64,000 nt of DNA from Squalus acanthias (lineage: Eukaryota), in NCBI GenBank assembly GCA_030390025.1, contig CM059430.1, forward strand, positions 75,578,001 to 75,642,000, in the 5' to 3' direction. The notes beneath the pieces are model-generated. The model saw nothing but the letters and a program-made list of their open reading frames with translations. It made no database searches and had not been told where the DNA came from. Shown here piece after piece: positions 1-13,037 of this stretch (position 1 is its first letter; each line of letters begins with the position of its first letter). Position numbers and translations under genes: made by a program.

Positions 1-631
1 GAGACAGGATGTGTTGCTATAGTTTGTTCGTTCAACTCGTGCAAAATCAGCTGCACAATAAAATATTTCAGAAACTTCAGATTAAAAACCCAAGCTTGGC
101 GTCAGAATGTTATTGTTTTCCTATTCATCTCCCCTTCTTTTCACACTTGGCGCTGCCCTACTCTCTAGCCTTATATTTCATTTGAGAACATCGGTATCTG
201 CTGACAACACTCCAAACTCATCTCCCTGAGAAGTGTTCGTTTTTCAAATCGTGTAAATATCAAAGATCTCAATAAAGAGATCCGGACGGTGAGACACTGA
301 TCTCCTCCCACCCTCCACCCCATGTCCCACGGGGACTATAGATTTGTCTAAGTTCTGGAAACATTTCGTTCATGTATCCATATACTAAACAATGCGCTGT
401 ATTGTGAGCGAGATTACCAGGCTGTCAGGGATGTTTAATATACGTTGCACTACACAAACAGGCAAGATAAGTTAGATGGATGTAACTTGATATTCAGCAA
501 ATTCTAGGGCATCAAGATTTTTATGGGCTGCTGCTCATTAGCTAATCCTATCTGCCGACCAGGGAATCAGCAAAAAATGTGGCTGAGAGTAATGAAGTTG
601 CAAATACTCAATAATGGGTCATATATATTAT

Positions 632-1327
632 GGACCTGAAATTGCGGTTGGAGGCTTCCCACGGGTGAATACCTTTGAATTGCAAGAAGTTGTGTGACAC
701 AAAATCCATACTTACCTGATGGCCCAGGACCTACGAAGTCTGGCGCTCCTGGGCCTGCAGGCGTACGCCTGCATAAAGGCCCATGTATTCCGTTGGCGCA
801 TGCGGTTCGGAACCGTTCCTGGGATCACGTGGGCCGGCCCAACCAATCAAGAACGGGGATTTCCATCATGGGTCTGATGATTCCATTTAAGTGCAGAATC
901 CCCATACGCTCAATAGGATTCACATAAAAAATAAATTATCACACAACCTAAAACTGCAATTTATTTAAACATTTAAGACAAAAATGTATTTTTTGAAAAT
1001 AAATTTAAGCATTTTTAAAGGGCCAAAAATAACCTAAATTAATGTTAAAGGTTTTTTAATGTTTAAATAATTTTTAAAAATGTATTTGAATATTTATTTA
1101 AACCCTTACGCTGGTAAAAGAATGCCTTATGCCTGCTTTTACGAGGCGTAAGTTTCATGGGCATTTGCTGGACAGTAGTTGGGCAAATAGTTCAACATTG
1201 TGCCAGCGAATGTCCATTTCCTTTAGATTCATATGATCTGTCAAGCTGAAACTTGACAAGTTCCGGGTTTTCATGCATGAGCACTTAAGCAGCGGGCTGT
1301 AGATAACGCCAGGACAAATTAAATCCC
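632..1327. mobile_element. Harbinger-type MITE / non-autonomous DNA transposon
   Basis: Starts ggacctgaaattgcgg; GC-rich arm, AT-rich core; its left part is the reverse complement of the element at 4885-5401. Right end approximate. Confidence 0.55.
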
Positions 1328-1521
1328 TTAAAAATCCGGAGTGAGATAAAACGGGCTGTAGATACACTCTCGGCCAGAATCACATTGAGACACTGAAATC
1401 AAAAAGAAAGGAGGATAAAGGCATGGTAATGTAGAAACAAATATTTTTCAAGCATGAAAACATTAAACATAGGTCAGCACTTCTTATTGTGTTTCATCAA
1501 ACTATACCTCAACTGTAAAAC

Positions 1522-1830
1522 GGGCAGCATGGTGGCATAGTGGTTAGCACTGTTTCCACAGAGCGCCAGGGACCCGGGTCCGAATCCGGCCTCGGAGTGA
1601 CTAGCTGTGTGGAATTTGCACATTCTCTGCGTGGGTATCCTCCGGGTGCTCCGGTTTCCTCCCACAGTCCAAAGATGTGCGGGTTAGGTTGACTTGGCTA
1701 TGATAAATTGACCCTTAGTGTTAGGGGGGGATTAAATACGTGGGGTAACGGGGACAGGTTGGGATGTGCGTCGGTACAGGCTCGATTGGCCGAAATGGCC
1801 TCTATCTGCACTGTGTGAATTCTGTTCTGT
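1522..1830 (+). mobile_element. tRNA-derived V-SINE (HE1-like)
   Basis: A box tggcatagtgg (1533), B box ggtccgaatcc (1577), V-domain-like core (gcgtgggt..cctccgggtgctccggtttcctcccacagtccaaagatgtgc), short ttctg tail. Absent from the paralogous site at ~53250. Confidence 0.85.
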
Positions 1831-1927
1831 GAAAATCACTAAAATAGCAACAATTAATTACAAAATTTCTGATCTTTTAGGCAACGATCTTGTTGAAATG
1901 TGCGTCATATTTATACATTTCATCTAA

Positions 1928-2047
1928 ATCTTGTTGGTGGTGAGATCACCCATTGCTTGCTGATTTCTGTATGTGCAGGGGGCGGGTCGATTTTCCTGGT
2001 GTTGGTTCTCATCATTCGGAATCGATGTCACTTAAAGAAAATTAACG
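1928..2047 (+). pseudogene. Orphan TM exon of the V-C1 receptor family (DLVGGEITHCLLISVCAGGGSIFLVLVLIIRNRCHLKKING)
   Basis: Homologous to the TM exons at 15129, 43854 and 53355; donor g|gtaaat intact. The expected acceptor reads catctAA, and the upstream AG at 1879-1880 is out of frame. Confidence 0.8.
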
Positions 2048-2054
2048 GTAAATT

Positions 2055-2801
2055 GGCCCAAAATTTGCGGTCGGTGTGACGGTGAACTGGCAGTGTTCAC
2101 CGTCATTCCGCTTTTGAAACTGACCGCAACTTCTGGGTTTGGCACGTGCGCAGGCGGAAATCCCAAAGTTGCGGTCAGTCATTGACACCTCTGTCACAGG
2201 CTACGCTCTGCCCACCCCCTCAACAGAGCCAGTAATCCATGTAATCAGCCAAATCAGGGCTCATCCGCAGTAAGCACCCTAATAATTTCCCCACTAAAAG
2301 TTAGACTCAATGGGATTAGGTGCAATTGGGGTTTTGACTGCATTATTGTTGCTAAACAAATGTTAAGTGCCACGAAAACTAGTTTTCATTTTGTGTAGTA
2401 TAAAATTATTCCATTTTAATAAAAATGAAAGTTTAAAGAAAATTTTCAAAAATTGACTTTTAAAGTTTCTCCATCTTGATTTTAGGTTTTCAATTCACCA
2501 TCTGAGAGCCCCAATCTTTGTATTCCTCCCTCTAAATATTTTTTAAAAATCAGAGTTTTTAAGCGCTTACTCACTTCCTTGTTCGCGGTCTGAGAATTCT
2601 GCGTTTTGATTGGCTGCTCAGAAAGCTAGTTGACGTCACAGCAGTTCCCACAAGGGGAACCCCACTACAGAGCACTCATTTGAATTGCACGATGGGAAAC
2701 TCGAAGTTCTCGACACAAGAATTGGCAATATCCTTTTGCGAAACGCACTTCGGGGCCAGCAGCAAATGCCTTCACTTCGCTGCTGACCACAAATTCGGGG
2801 A
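2055..2801. mobile_element. Harbinger-type MITE inserted just after the TM-exon donor
   Basis: Imperfect TIRs ggcccaaaatttgcggtc ... gaccacaaattcgggga, flanked by ATT on both sides. Confidence 0.7.
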
Positions 2802-4032
2802 ATTATTTAGTATTTCTACTAAAATAAGCACAACTTTCAAAACGGGAGCTGGCCTTCCGGTTTCATGTGGAGAGAAAGTTAGGTGATTGTAAATGAACGG
2901 GTTTTCATCCTGAATTATTTCAAATGTAAGGATATACATAAGAGTATTTTATACATAATTGGCCCCGTTTTATTCTGTCGCTCTGAAGATACATAGAGAA
3001 ATAGTGAAAAGTGAGAGCAGCACTTACACAACACACACATGGAAACATTTTTTCAATATCTGTGAGTGTAGGTCAGAGGCATCCGAATTACAAGTCACCT
3101 GTGGATTTTGAAACAAGGTGTTGATTAAAAGATACCATCAGCTGCAATGAATAGTAAAACAAATCTGCTTTTATTTCTTGGACCCAGCGTATGTTGCGAC
3201 CCATTAACTGACTCTAACTAAACTAACTAACTAAATCCGGAAAACGCGAGTGGACATCCAACAACGACAATTTGAGAATTTGAATTCAGTTTAATAAAAC
3301 ATGTAAACAATAAGTTGGTATTATTAAAAGTAACCACAAAGCTGTCGGATTGGCGTAAATCCCAACTGGTTCACAATAAATGTTGGCCTTGCCAGCGATG
3401 TTTGCATCCCGAGAATGAATTAGAAACAGGACAGAAGTCAAAGGCTGGCCGTGCCAGTGTGCGCCACTCACAGATATCTTTTTTTTTTATTATGCAGCGG
3501 TTGAACTCGAAAAAAGGCGTCATATCGGCGTACCCTTCAGTTTCCTCATTTACCCATCAAAGCATCCAACTGAACTTGGACAACCCCAATGTCTTTGCCT
3601 CCAACTCCTTGGTCGGAATATGCTGCTTCGCCGCAGCAGCCAGACGACCGAGCAACCATGCAGAAGCTTATCAGAAAATTGTAGGTTATAATGCTCAATT
3701 TCACAAAGAACCTAAATGGTTTTGTCACTTTTTGCTGCAGCAAAAGTGTAACTTCAAGTATACAAACCTCGCCAGTTGCAGGTTATTTCCCCAGACTAAT
3801 CCTACCAGTGGACTACAAGAATGAACTATCATCCCTTATTTTTGAGTTAATTGGTCTGATTCTGCCAGTTGGGCACTGAAGGTGTTGGCATGTTATGGCG
3901 GCCAGGAGGCTGTGGGCACCTAGTGACTGAATTAGCTTCCAACAATTCAATGGATTGATTTTCGACCCACGTTTCTCATGCCAGCTTGCATTGTTCTGTG
4001 CAGGCTGCACCCAAACACGGTGTCTGTCCTAG

Positions 4033-4590
4033 CATAGAATTATAGAATCATACAGCACAGACGGAGACGATTCGTTCCATCGCTTCTGTGCTGGATCTTT
4101 GGAAAAGCTATCCAATTGCTTCCACTCACCTGCTCTTTCCCCATATCCCTGCAAATTTCTCCTTTTCGAATATATACAATTAACTTTTTAAAGGTAGTAT
4201 TGAATCTGCATCCACCACATTTCAGGTAGTGCAGTCCAGATTATAACAAATCGCTGGATATTTGACAATTACCTTTAATCTATGTCCTCTAGTTACTGAC
4301 TCCACTGCCAGTGGAAACAGTTTATTCTGATCTACACTATCAAAACCCTAATTATGAACACCTCTATTATATCTCCCATTAACCTTTTCTGCTATAAGGA
4401 GAATAATCTGACTTTCACTCATCTCTCCAGATAACTGAAGTCCTTCATCCCTGGCAACCATTCTGGTGAATCTCCTCTGCACCCTCTCCAAGGCCTTGAC
4501 ATTCTACCTCAAATGTGCTGCGTAAAATTGGCAACAATACTTCAGCTGACGCCTAAGCCGTGATTGAAAAAGGTTCAGCATAACTTTATT
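4033..4590 (-). mobile_element. CR1 LINE 3' fragment
   Basis: catagaat tail and similarity to the 3' ends of the other CR1 copies in the window. Confidence 0.75.
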
Positions 4591-4884
4591 CCTTCTGTAC
4601 ACTATGACCGGAATTTTCCCGTTGCTGAGCGTGAGGGTTTGGGGGCGGATCAGCAGTTAAACTCACGGAAATTGACAGCTTCTCGGGAACCCGCCGTCAT
4701 CCCGTCGACTTCTGCATTTAAATTGGGTGCGTTTGGAGGTGCGCCACGGACTCGCTTGGGAGAGGCGGGCGTTCGCATTCAAGTTCTTAAATGCTTGCTG
4801 AGAGACTCTTTATATGCAACCGGATTGCTAGTCCATTTTTCAGAGAAGTGCTCCAGAATTTGTTACACATGGCGCTATGACTTC

Positions 4885-5401
4885 GGCCCAGATTTTCCGG
4901 GCCTATGAGGGCATATGCCCAGAGTACGCGAGCCTAAATGCCCCGCTAGTTCCAGGTTTCCACTAAATAAGTTAGGTTATTTTTGGCCCCTTGATAAATG
5001 CTTAAAGTTATTTTACAAAAAGTTATATTTCTGTTTTAAATGTTTAATTAAATCTCATTTTAATTAATTTTGACCATGTCATGATTTATTTTTATTTCAG
5101 TCTTGTGAAAATGTATTTTTAGACGATTCCTATTTTGCTTATGGCGTTTCCGTACATAAATGCTATCTCAATAAGCATATTGGGAATCCCCCTTTGTGAT
5201 TGGCTGGGCCTGCCCACGTTATCCCAGGGATGCTTGCGAACTGCCTGCTCCCCTGGGATAGCTGGTCCATTAGGCAGGCAAAGGCCCGCAGGCCCAGGAG
5301 CGCGAGTCTTCCAAGGTACAGGGTCACCAGGTAGGTGCGGAGTTTGGTGGAGGTTCGGAGGCATTCGCCCGCCGGAAGCCTCCGACCACAATTTCCAGCC
5401 C
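4885..5401. mobile_element. Harbinger-type MITE
   Basis: Ends ggcccagattttcc ... caatttccagccc; related to the elements at 632 and ~52340. Confidence 0.6.
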
Positions 5402-6885
5402 AATATCCCCATTATCCTGTAGTGTTTAATACAAAAAGGCGTTACATGAACACACCAATATAACGCCATAAAACGATTATAATCATTTGGTTGGATCATG
5501 TAATGAACTCTATAATAAAGACTATAATGAACGAGATGTGTTGCTGTGGTTTGGTAATTCCGCTGGTGCGTGACCGTACAGCTGAACTGGGCAGAATACA
5601 ATACCAATTCAATTAATTTTATTGAGAACAGGTCACACTATTGAAGATTTAGTCATTGTAATAGTTATGAATTCTGATATTGACCTCCACTGCAGAATAA
5701 AACATTAAATAATTTGGATCATGTCAATGCTGAAATGTCAAAGTAAATCAGGGATTTAGTAGCAGAGGACTGAAAGTAAGAAATATTTTTAAAAGAGTTA
5801 TCAGGAAATATTGTTTGTTACTCAGAGGCTGGAATATCTGGTAAAGAGTGGCTACAGAACCAACACCAGTTGGATTCAAAATGTATCTGGATGATATCAT
5901 GTGAGAGCTGTGGTACTGGGGTGTCATCCAATCGGATCTTTCAGGTTCTTTTCGTTTTCTTCACATTTATTTTTAAACAATGATGTTTCCTTGACTTTCC
6001 CTGAAGAATTTCCATTAAAAAAGCATAATTGTGAACACTGATGCTAAATAGAGGCGCTCATTTTACTGGTTTATGATGATCGTTGTACAATAACTGTAGG
6101 AGATCAAGGACCTCAATTGAACATTTCGGTGGTGAGATCGCCAAGTTCCTCGGTTCCCAGCGTCGCTATCACTTTTGAAAGTTGTACAGATATTTATGAA
6201 CACAAAAAACTCAGTTCTTTGTTCACAAGTTTCAGGTGGTCACGGCTTGATAATACATTCGGTTGTATGAACAGGAAAACCTAGTTAGCAGCAGACATCG
6301 TACGAACCCTGAGGAAAACTGGTGATGTATGCAACATAACCAGCGTGCTGCAGATAGCGCCAATAGAATTGTCATCCCTTTAAGTGCAATCATGATATAC
6401 TCAAAGAAATAGAAATAGTGTCCTTTTGGCTGCAGCAGTATAAGGGTTAACGAGTGGGGGTTTGCTGCTCACGTACACAGCGAGATACGAATTTTACCAA
6501 AACTGTGATGCGGTTTCTGTTGTACTGAAAACTGTTGCCCTACATTTGTCTCTAATATTGTTGTTTAAGAGTAAGTGAGGAAACGGTTCTTACCACATCT
6601 CGGGGCATCAGTACTTCAAGCACGTAGTTTATTGTAGCAAAATGGAAAGGCGTTATCTTGTTAGCAACTGACTATTGCACAAGTTTCAGCATAGATTTAA
6701 CAACTAATTCTCACATCGGGAGAAAGTTAATTCTGCCAATCTTCAATTGTGTCTTTATTAATAGCTGCTACGGTTCACGTTAACCATTGAGTCTGGAAAT
6801 GGTATAGTTGGGTTCCGAGGTACGAGATGGAATACTGAGGAGGCCTGTTGTGGATTTTTTCACTGCAGGGCTTCTCTGCATTTCA

Positions 6886-8470
6886 CATAAGAACATAAGA
6901 AATAGGAGCTGGTGTAGGCCATTTGGCCCTTCGAGCCTGCTCCACCATTCAGCAAGATCATGGCTTATCTTGTACCTCAACTCCACCTTCCCGCACTATC
7001 ACCATATCCCTTAATTGTCTCAGTTCACAAAAATGTATCGACATTTGTCTTGAATATACTCAACGACTGAGCATCCACAGCTATCTGGGATCGAGAATTC
7101 CAATGATTCACAACCCTTTGAGTGAAGAAATTTCTCCTCATCTCAGCCTTAAAGGGCTGACCCCTTATTCTGAGACTGTTACCATGTGTTCTAGACTTCC
7201 CAGCCAGGGGAATCATGTTTCCAGCATTAAACCTGTCAAGCCCCTTAAGAATGTTATATGTTTCAATTAGATCACCTCTCATTCTTCTAAGGAATATAAG
7301 CCTAGTCTACTCAATCTCTCCTCATAGGGCAATCCTCTCATCCCAGGAAACAGTCTAGTGAATCTTTGCTGCACTCTCTCTAAGGCAAGTATGTCTTTCC
7401 TTAGGTAAGGTGGTCAGAGCTGTACACAGTTCTCCAGGCGTGGCCGCACCAATTGTAGTAAGACTTCTTTACTCTTATACTCTAATCCCTTTGTAACAAA
7501 AGTTAACAAACCATTTGCTTTCCTAATTGCTTGCTATACCTGCTTGTTTACTTTCTGTGACTGATGTACAAGGACACACAGGTCCCTCTGAATGTAAACC
7601 AGTCTCTCACCATTCAAAAGATATTCTGCTTTTTTGTTTTTCCTACAAAAGTCGATAACTTCACACTTCCCCAAATTGTATTACATTTGCCATGTTCTTG
7701 CCCAGTCACTCAAACTGTCTATATCCCTCTGCAGCCTCTTTGCATTCTCCTCACTTCTTACTTTCACAACTAACTTTGTATCATCAGCAAATTGGATATT
7801 TTACACTCAATCCCTTCATCTAAATCATTAATATAATTTAAAATAGCAGCGGACCAAGCACTGATCCTTGCAGTAGCCCGCTAGTTACAGCCTGCCAACC
7901 TGAAAAGGTTCTGTTTAATCCTAAACTCTGTTCTCTGGCCATTTACTAATCCTCAATCCATGCTAATATATTAGCCCAATACCATGAGTCCTAATTTTGT
8001 GTAATAAACTTTTGTGTTGCAGCTCATGGAATGTTTATTGAAAATCCAAATACACTACATCCACTGGTTCCCCCTTATCCATCCTGCAAGTTACAACTTC
8101 AAAAAACTCTTAACAGATTTGTCAATCACGATTACCTTTTCATAAAACCATGTTGACTCTGCCTAATCATATTATGATTTTCTAAGTGCCCTGTTACCAC
8201 GTCCCTAATAATGGATTTTTGCATTTTGCCTACTACTGATGTCAGACTTACTGGTCTCTGGTTCCCCGATTTTTATCTTCTTCCCTTCTTAAATAGCGGG
8301 GTTATGTTTGCTCCCTTCCAATCCTTGAGACAGTCCTTCTTGGGAATTCTGGAAGATTAATACCAATGCATCCACTATCTCTGCAGCTACCTCTTTTAAA
8401 ACCCGAGGATGCAGGTCGTCAGGACCAGGTGATAAGTCGCCACTCAGTCGCTTTAATTTATCAAGCGCCA
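6886..8470 (-). mobile_element. CR1 LINE, 5'-truncated, degraded RT and 3' end
   Basis: ORF fragments MRGDLIETYNILKG..RRNFFTQRVVN.WN and SPGPDDLHPRVLKE; cataagaa tail. Confidence 0.9.
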
Positions 8471-10804
8471 TGTCTTTAGTTATACTGATAGAAGCCCTGT
8501 AAATTTCAATACACTGTCTGTTATCGTCAAACCATAGGAGACGTTAGCTACATGCATCTTATGCCATTTTTCTCTTCACTTTATGGAACTATGATCTCTA
8601 GAGGATCGATTCCATGAGGAAGGATTTCTGACACCGCCTCTCTCAAATATTCCGCCGGAGTATTCCCATTTTGCGTCGTATCTTCGACGGATGTTCAACT
8701 GAATGCCACGGGAAACGGCCCGGGTTAATTTTAATCTAAGGGGATTTGACAGGAATTTATCGGGGGCTCATAACATTGCAGTCAATTGAAAACCAATTCA
8801 GGCAGATTGGATCAGGGCGGCCAATCCACGACTGCCCGCTTTGGACTGTCACCAAAGTTGAGTTTTACCGCCATAACTTTTCTGCACATTTTCCGCCAAT
8901 CTTCAAAGAATCATCGAAGCTTCCAGTACAGAAGCGGGACATTCGCCCGATCGTGTCTGTGCCGGCTCTGTGAAAGCATTACCAGTTTGTCCCACTCTCG
9001 CCGCGGTTCCCCAGAGCGCTGCAACTGTTTCTTTTACAAGTATTTATCCAATTCACTTTTGAAAGTTACGATAGAATGTGCTTCCCCCACTTTCAGGCAG
9101 TGCATTCCAGATCACAACAATGCGCTGTGTAAAAATAATCTCCTCATCACCCCTCTGGTTTGTTTGCCAGGTACCTTAAATCTGTCTCCTCTGGTTACCG
9201 ACACTCCTGCTAATGAAAATGAGTTCTCCTCATTTATTCTATCGAAACTTCTCATCATTTGAAACCTGTTTAAAGGTTCAGCATAACTTCTTTGCTATTG
9301 TAACCTATGCATTTATTTATAAACCCCAGGAACGCGTGTGCTTTTGAAACAGTCTGATCACCTTATCCTGCCACCTCCAAAGCTTTGTGTATGTAAATCC
9401 GCAGGTCGCTCTATTCCTGCATCCCCTTTAAAATTGTACCATTTCGTTTATATTGCCTCTTCTCATTCTTCCTTCCTAGACGCATCATTTCACAATTATC
9501 TGCATTAAATGTCATCTGCTATATGTCGATCACTTCTGCACTAACTTTAGCCAGCAACATCTCCACGGAGCACCAGAGAATCTGAGCGCTCTTCTTGGTA
9601 CCGAGTCGCCTCCCCAAGCGCTGCTGCTTCCTCGATATCTTGCACTCTCTGCTTCTCAAAATTTAAGGCTGGAATCTCCTCCACGCGCCAACCTGAAAGT
9701 GCGTACGATAGGCGCAGGAGAATGAAGGGTCATTCTGGTGCTGAGGAGAATCGCTTCTTGTCCTCCCGCCAGCTGAAAGTGGTGGTGGGGGCAGGGGGGT
9801 CACTCAGGACTCAGCTCCCATGCACATTTATCTGGCATTCAGCATTGCTCCCCAGAGCCACCATGTATAATGTTGGTGTTAAACTCAAGCCATGTGGCGG
9901 CAACAGCCATCAGGAGCCCAATGGAGGGAGAGAGGAAGAGGACCTGGTAGCGGCCTTTATTACCCCCAATCTGATCCCATTATCCTCTGGCGTGGGCTTC
10001 CTTCTCTGCTGCTGCTGCTGGTCACCTTTCATTCCGGCCTCGGGGTTCTCTTCATCCCCTTTAAATGCCCGACCATCTCTGCAGGTGCTGCAGTGGAGAT
10101 CCACTGCTATTTAGTCTCTGGGTAATGGCGAGTTGTCGCTCCCTGGCGGAAATAACGCCGGGAAACCCTGTCCCTAACAGCTGAAGTTCGACTAGATAAA
10201 CATGGATCAGGATCGGGGTGGATTCGGAAGGGCGGGGGCAAGTCCCGCCTTGAACGAAATCTGACGCAAAGAGGAGAATCCACACACTGATGTCCTCTTT
10301 ACCTGACTGCAGCCTTTAGGAATCTGCGCTAGCTCCGTTTTACCGCATTAATAATGCAAACCGAGGGAGGGAATACTGGTGGGTTCGGACCGGAGTCACT
10401 TGGACCAGATTTATCTCAGAATATCATCTTTCTCAACGCTTTCCCAATTTCTGATTGACCAACCGACCCTCCATAACCCTTTCTTTTTATCTCTTCCTCC
10501 AGTTCTACTACGTCATTGACTAATCAATGAATTTCTTCTACGTGTCGTAAACCTGTCTCTTTGATGGTATGTTATAGAGATAAAGCACATACAGGCCGAT
10601 CAATGGGGCTTTGCTTTAACTTCGGATTACAGATCCTGTTTAGATGTGTTTCACATCCCGTCTGTTAAAATAGTTTATCTGAAACAGTTTTTGACACGAG
10701 ATATGACACCTGACCACATCATAAATCAAATCGGATTATCAACAAACTAATATTTCCAAACCATCAGAGCCGCGCTTCATCGGCAGAACAATAGCCATTA
10801 TACA

Positions 10805-10850
10805 ATGTTTGTGTGTCAGTTCATATGGGCCTTGGGGATTATTTACGAAG
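10805..10850 (+). CDS. Gene A exon 1: signal peptide MFVCQFIWALGIIYE
   Basis: ATG, hydrophobic leader, phase-1 donor G|GTATTT in frame with the V exon. Confidence 0.8.
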
Positions 10851-11043
10851 GTATTTTCGGTAATAATCGGTCCTGCTTTCTTTTTCCTTTTGTTTCTTCC
10901 AATCAATCTTTCAATCTGTGTGTTCTTATTTCTGTCTATCTATTTATCTAACTATGTCTGTCTATCTATTTAGCGTTCTATCTATGCTTGCCTATGTATA
11001 TTTTGTTTACATTTTATAACTAACGTTTAAAAATATTTTGCAG

Positions 11044-11355
11044 TTGCTCCCGCTACAGTTTCCCAATCCCCTAAACGAACCAGTGTGATGGAAGGTGCAG
11101 ACATTACGTTCCATTGCAACACCAGCTCTGTCCAGGATAATTCAGATGTGAATGTTTGTTGGTGGAGACTTGGCGACAATCACTTTATACAACCAGGTTC
11201 TGACGGCAGAAAACGGTTCTTTTCTTTGAAAAACGGAGAGACTTCTTTCCAGATCCTGAGTGTCCGTGTCGCAGACTCCGGATTCTATTACTGCGGATTG
11301 AGATACACAGGAAACACGACCGTATATGGAACCGGATCGAAGCTTGTTGTGCACG
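11044..11355 (+). CDS. Gene A exon 2: Ig V-set domain with germline-joined J-like motif (VSQSP..ITFHC..VCWWR..DSGFYYC..YGTGSKLVVH)
   Basis: tttgcag acceptor, g|gtaag donor, 312 nt phase 1-1; canonical Cys, Trp, DxGxYYC and GxGxxLxV. Confidence 0.95.
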
Positions 11356-12297
11356 GTAAGCGACCTCGGAGAGAGTTGCGGCCGCTCCTATTGTAGGAAC
11401 GCTATACCAAAATAACAGAAATTACAAAACCAGACGGAGCAGCCATCTTATGAGGTTTCCTTTAGTCGACCTCTTGTACATGTGTATTAGGATATTTACA
11501 CTGCAGATATAATTGAAGTGCTTTAATTATATAGAGTTAAGTAGATGGTATCATGAATGGTTTTGATTATTTAACGCATTTATCCATGACGTTAGTTTAT
11601 GTATGATGATTGGGGAACATTATTTAAAATCAGATCTGAAGTCGTATCGCGGTTATCACCCAGAATGTTGTTTTATTTTCTATTCATATGTGTAAGATAA
11701 GTATCCATGTCACTTTGCAGAAGAGGGGTCTGAAGCCAAGAGCGCGGGTTGTGGTAGCAAGCACGATATAGGTGACTGTCCGCAAGGACAGAGAACAAAT
11801 GAGTTTCTACAAGATGGTGCTCCGGCCACACCTTAATTACTTTGCACAACTATATCACCAAACTACAGTGACGATGCACAAGCATTGGACGCAGTGTCGA
11901 AAATGAAAACTAGCTTGAGGAACCGGAGTGAGTTCCAGACCTTGAGGAGCCTGTGCTTGTTTACTTTGGAGCGCACAAGGCGCATTGGAGATTGGATTCT
12001 AGTACTCGAGATTATTAAGAGGATAGATAGCTGGAGTTTGCCCCGAAGACGGCAAACAGAGGATAGTGGCTGAAACTTGAGAGAGGGAGCCGCCAGAGAG
12101 TTTAGATTGAACAACTTTTCGCAGAAAATTGTGAATATGTGAAACCGACTGTCAAGTGGACGCAGAATACGTGAAAAATGCTAAGGGAAAATTGAATCGA
12201 TATTTGACGGAGTGAACAGATGTGAGGTTTTAGATTTTGGGAATGGCCAGCTGGACTGCAGAGTATTTTCCGATTCTGCATTGCAGATGAAATTATT

Positions 12298-13037
12298 GGG
12301 CCGAAAATTGATCCCGGGACGCGAGAGTACGCACTGCGTACTCTCGCGTATTCCCACTCCAATTGCCGGTTTTCTGCATGCCCTGCGCATGCGCTGAAAA
12401 CCGGCAATTGCTCTTCTGAAAAGGGGGCGGGTCCTGGGTGCATCGCGTGCGCGCTACAGGCTGCGCGCACGCTGTGCACTTCATGCTTTGGACGCGCAGG
12501 TAAGTAGGGAAGATTTTGGAAATGTAAAAAGGAGGAGTAAGACCCGCTTTTAAGAAGGTAAGTAGTGAATTAAGTATTTTTTTGAATTTTTTTTTACAGG
12601 TATATCTTTTTTAGAGACTTTAAAGACAGGTAAGTTTATTTTATAACTTTTTAAAAGATTTTAAATTTTTTCAAAAATTTAATTTTTTATTTAAAATGGT
12701 TAATTTAATTAACTATACTTATTTTATTAATGTGATGGTTTTTTTTTATTTAATTGAGGTTTAGCTGTTATTTTGGGCGGGTGTAAGATTCATAGATTTC
12801 ACAACAGGTCTGTGAAACTTATGAATGGAAGATGGTGTGCTGCCATTGGCTCTAACTGAGTCACGTGATCCCACAGCTCGCACGAATTCACTACGCCGCT
12901 GGGATACGCAAGCCCAGCACAGCTGATGTCTGGAACATCAAGTTCGTGCGAGCTGGATCTGAAAAAGCACAAGCGAGGTGAGACTTCGCGGGGAAGGCTT
13001 ACCCCCGCTGGAACAGAGCGAGATCAATTTCTGGGCC
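12298..13037. mobile_element. Harbinger-type MITE in gene A intron 2
   Basis: TIRs gggccgaaaattgatcccg / cgagatcaatttctgggcc, flanks att/gtt; related in reverse orientation to 34181-34926. Confidence 0.75.

Larger units (their letters stand above)
1..4810 (+). repeat. Segmental duplication, copy 1 (paralogous to ~51707-56405; probably extends left of the window)
   Basis: Colinear similarity along the whole block (e.g. 1 gagacaggatgtgttgctatag vs 51707 gaaacaggatttgttgctatag), sharing MITEs, a TM exon and a CR1 fragment. Confidence 0.95.

Noticed and set aside
1522-1595. tRNA gene
   Set aside because: The A/B boxes belong to a SINE head that continues into the V-SINE core and tail.
6128-6145. 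ggtggtgagatcgcc, resembling the start of the TM exon
   Set aside because: The match is only ~14 nt with no hydrophobic frame following.
9722-10285. Overlapping ORFs upstream of gene A
   Set aside because: No recognisable domain or splice structure; GC-rich and probably TE-derived.
11306-11333. Cryptic 12-RSS in the CDR3-like loop of gene A (cacagga-12-tatggaacc)
   Set aside because: Heptamer matches 5/7 and nonamer 4/9, there is no partner RSS or J segment, and it is absent from units B and C.
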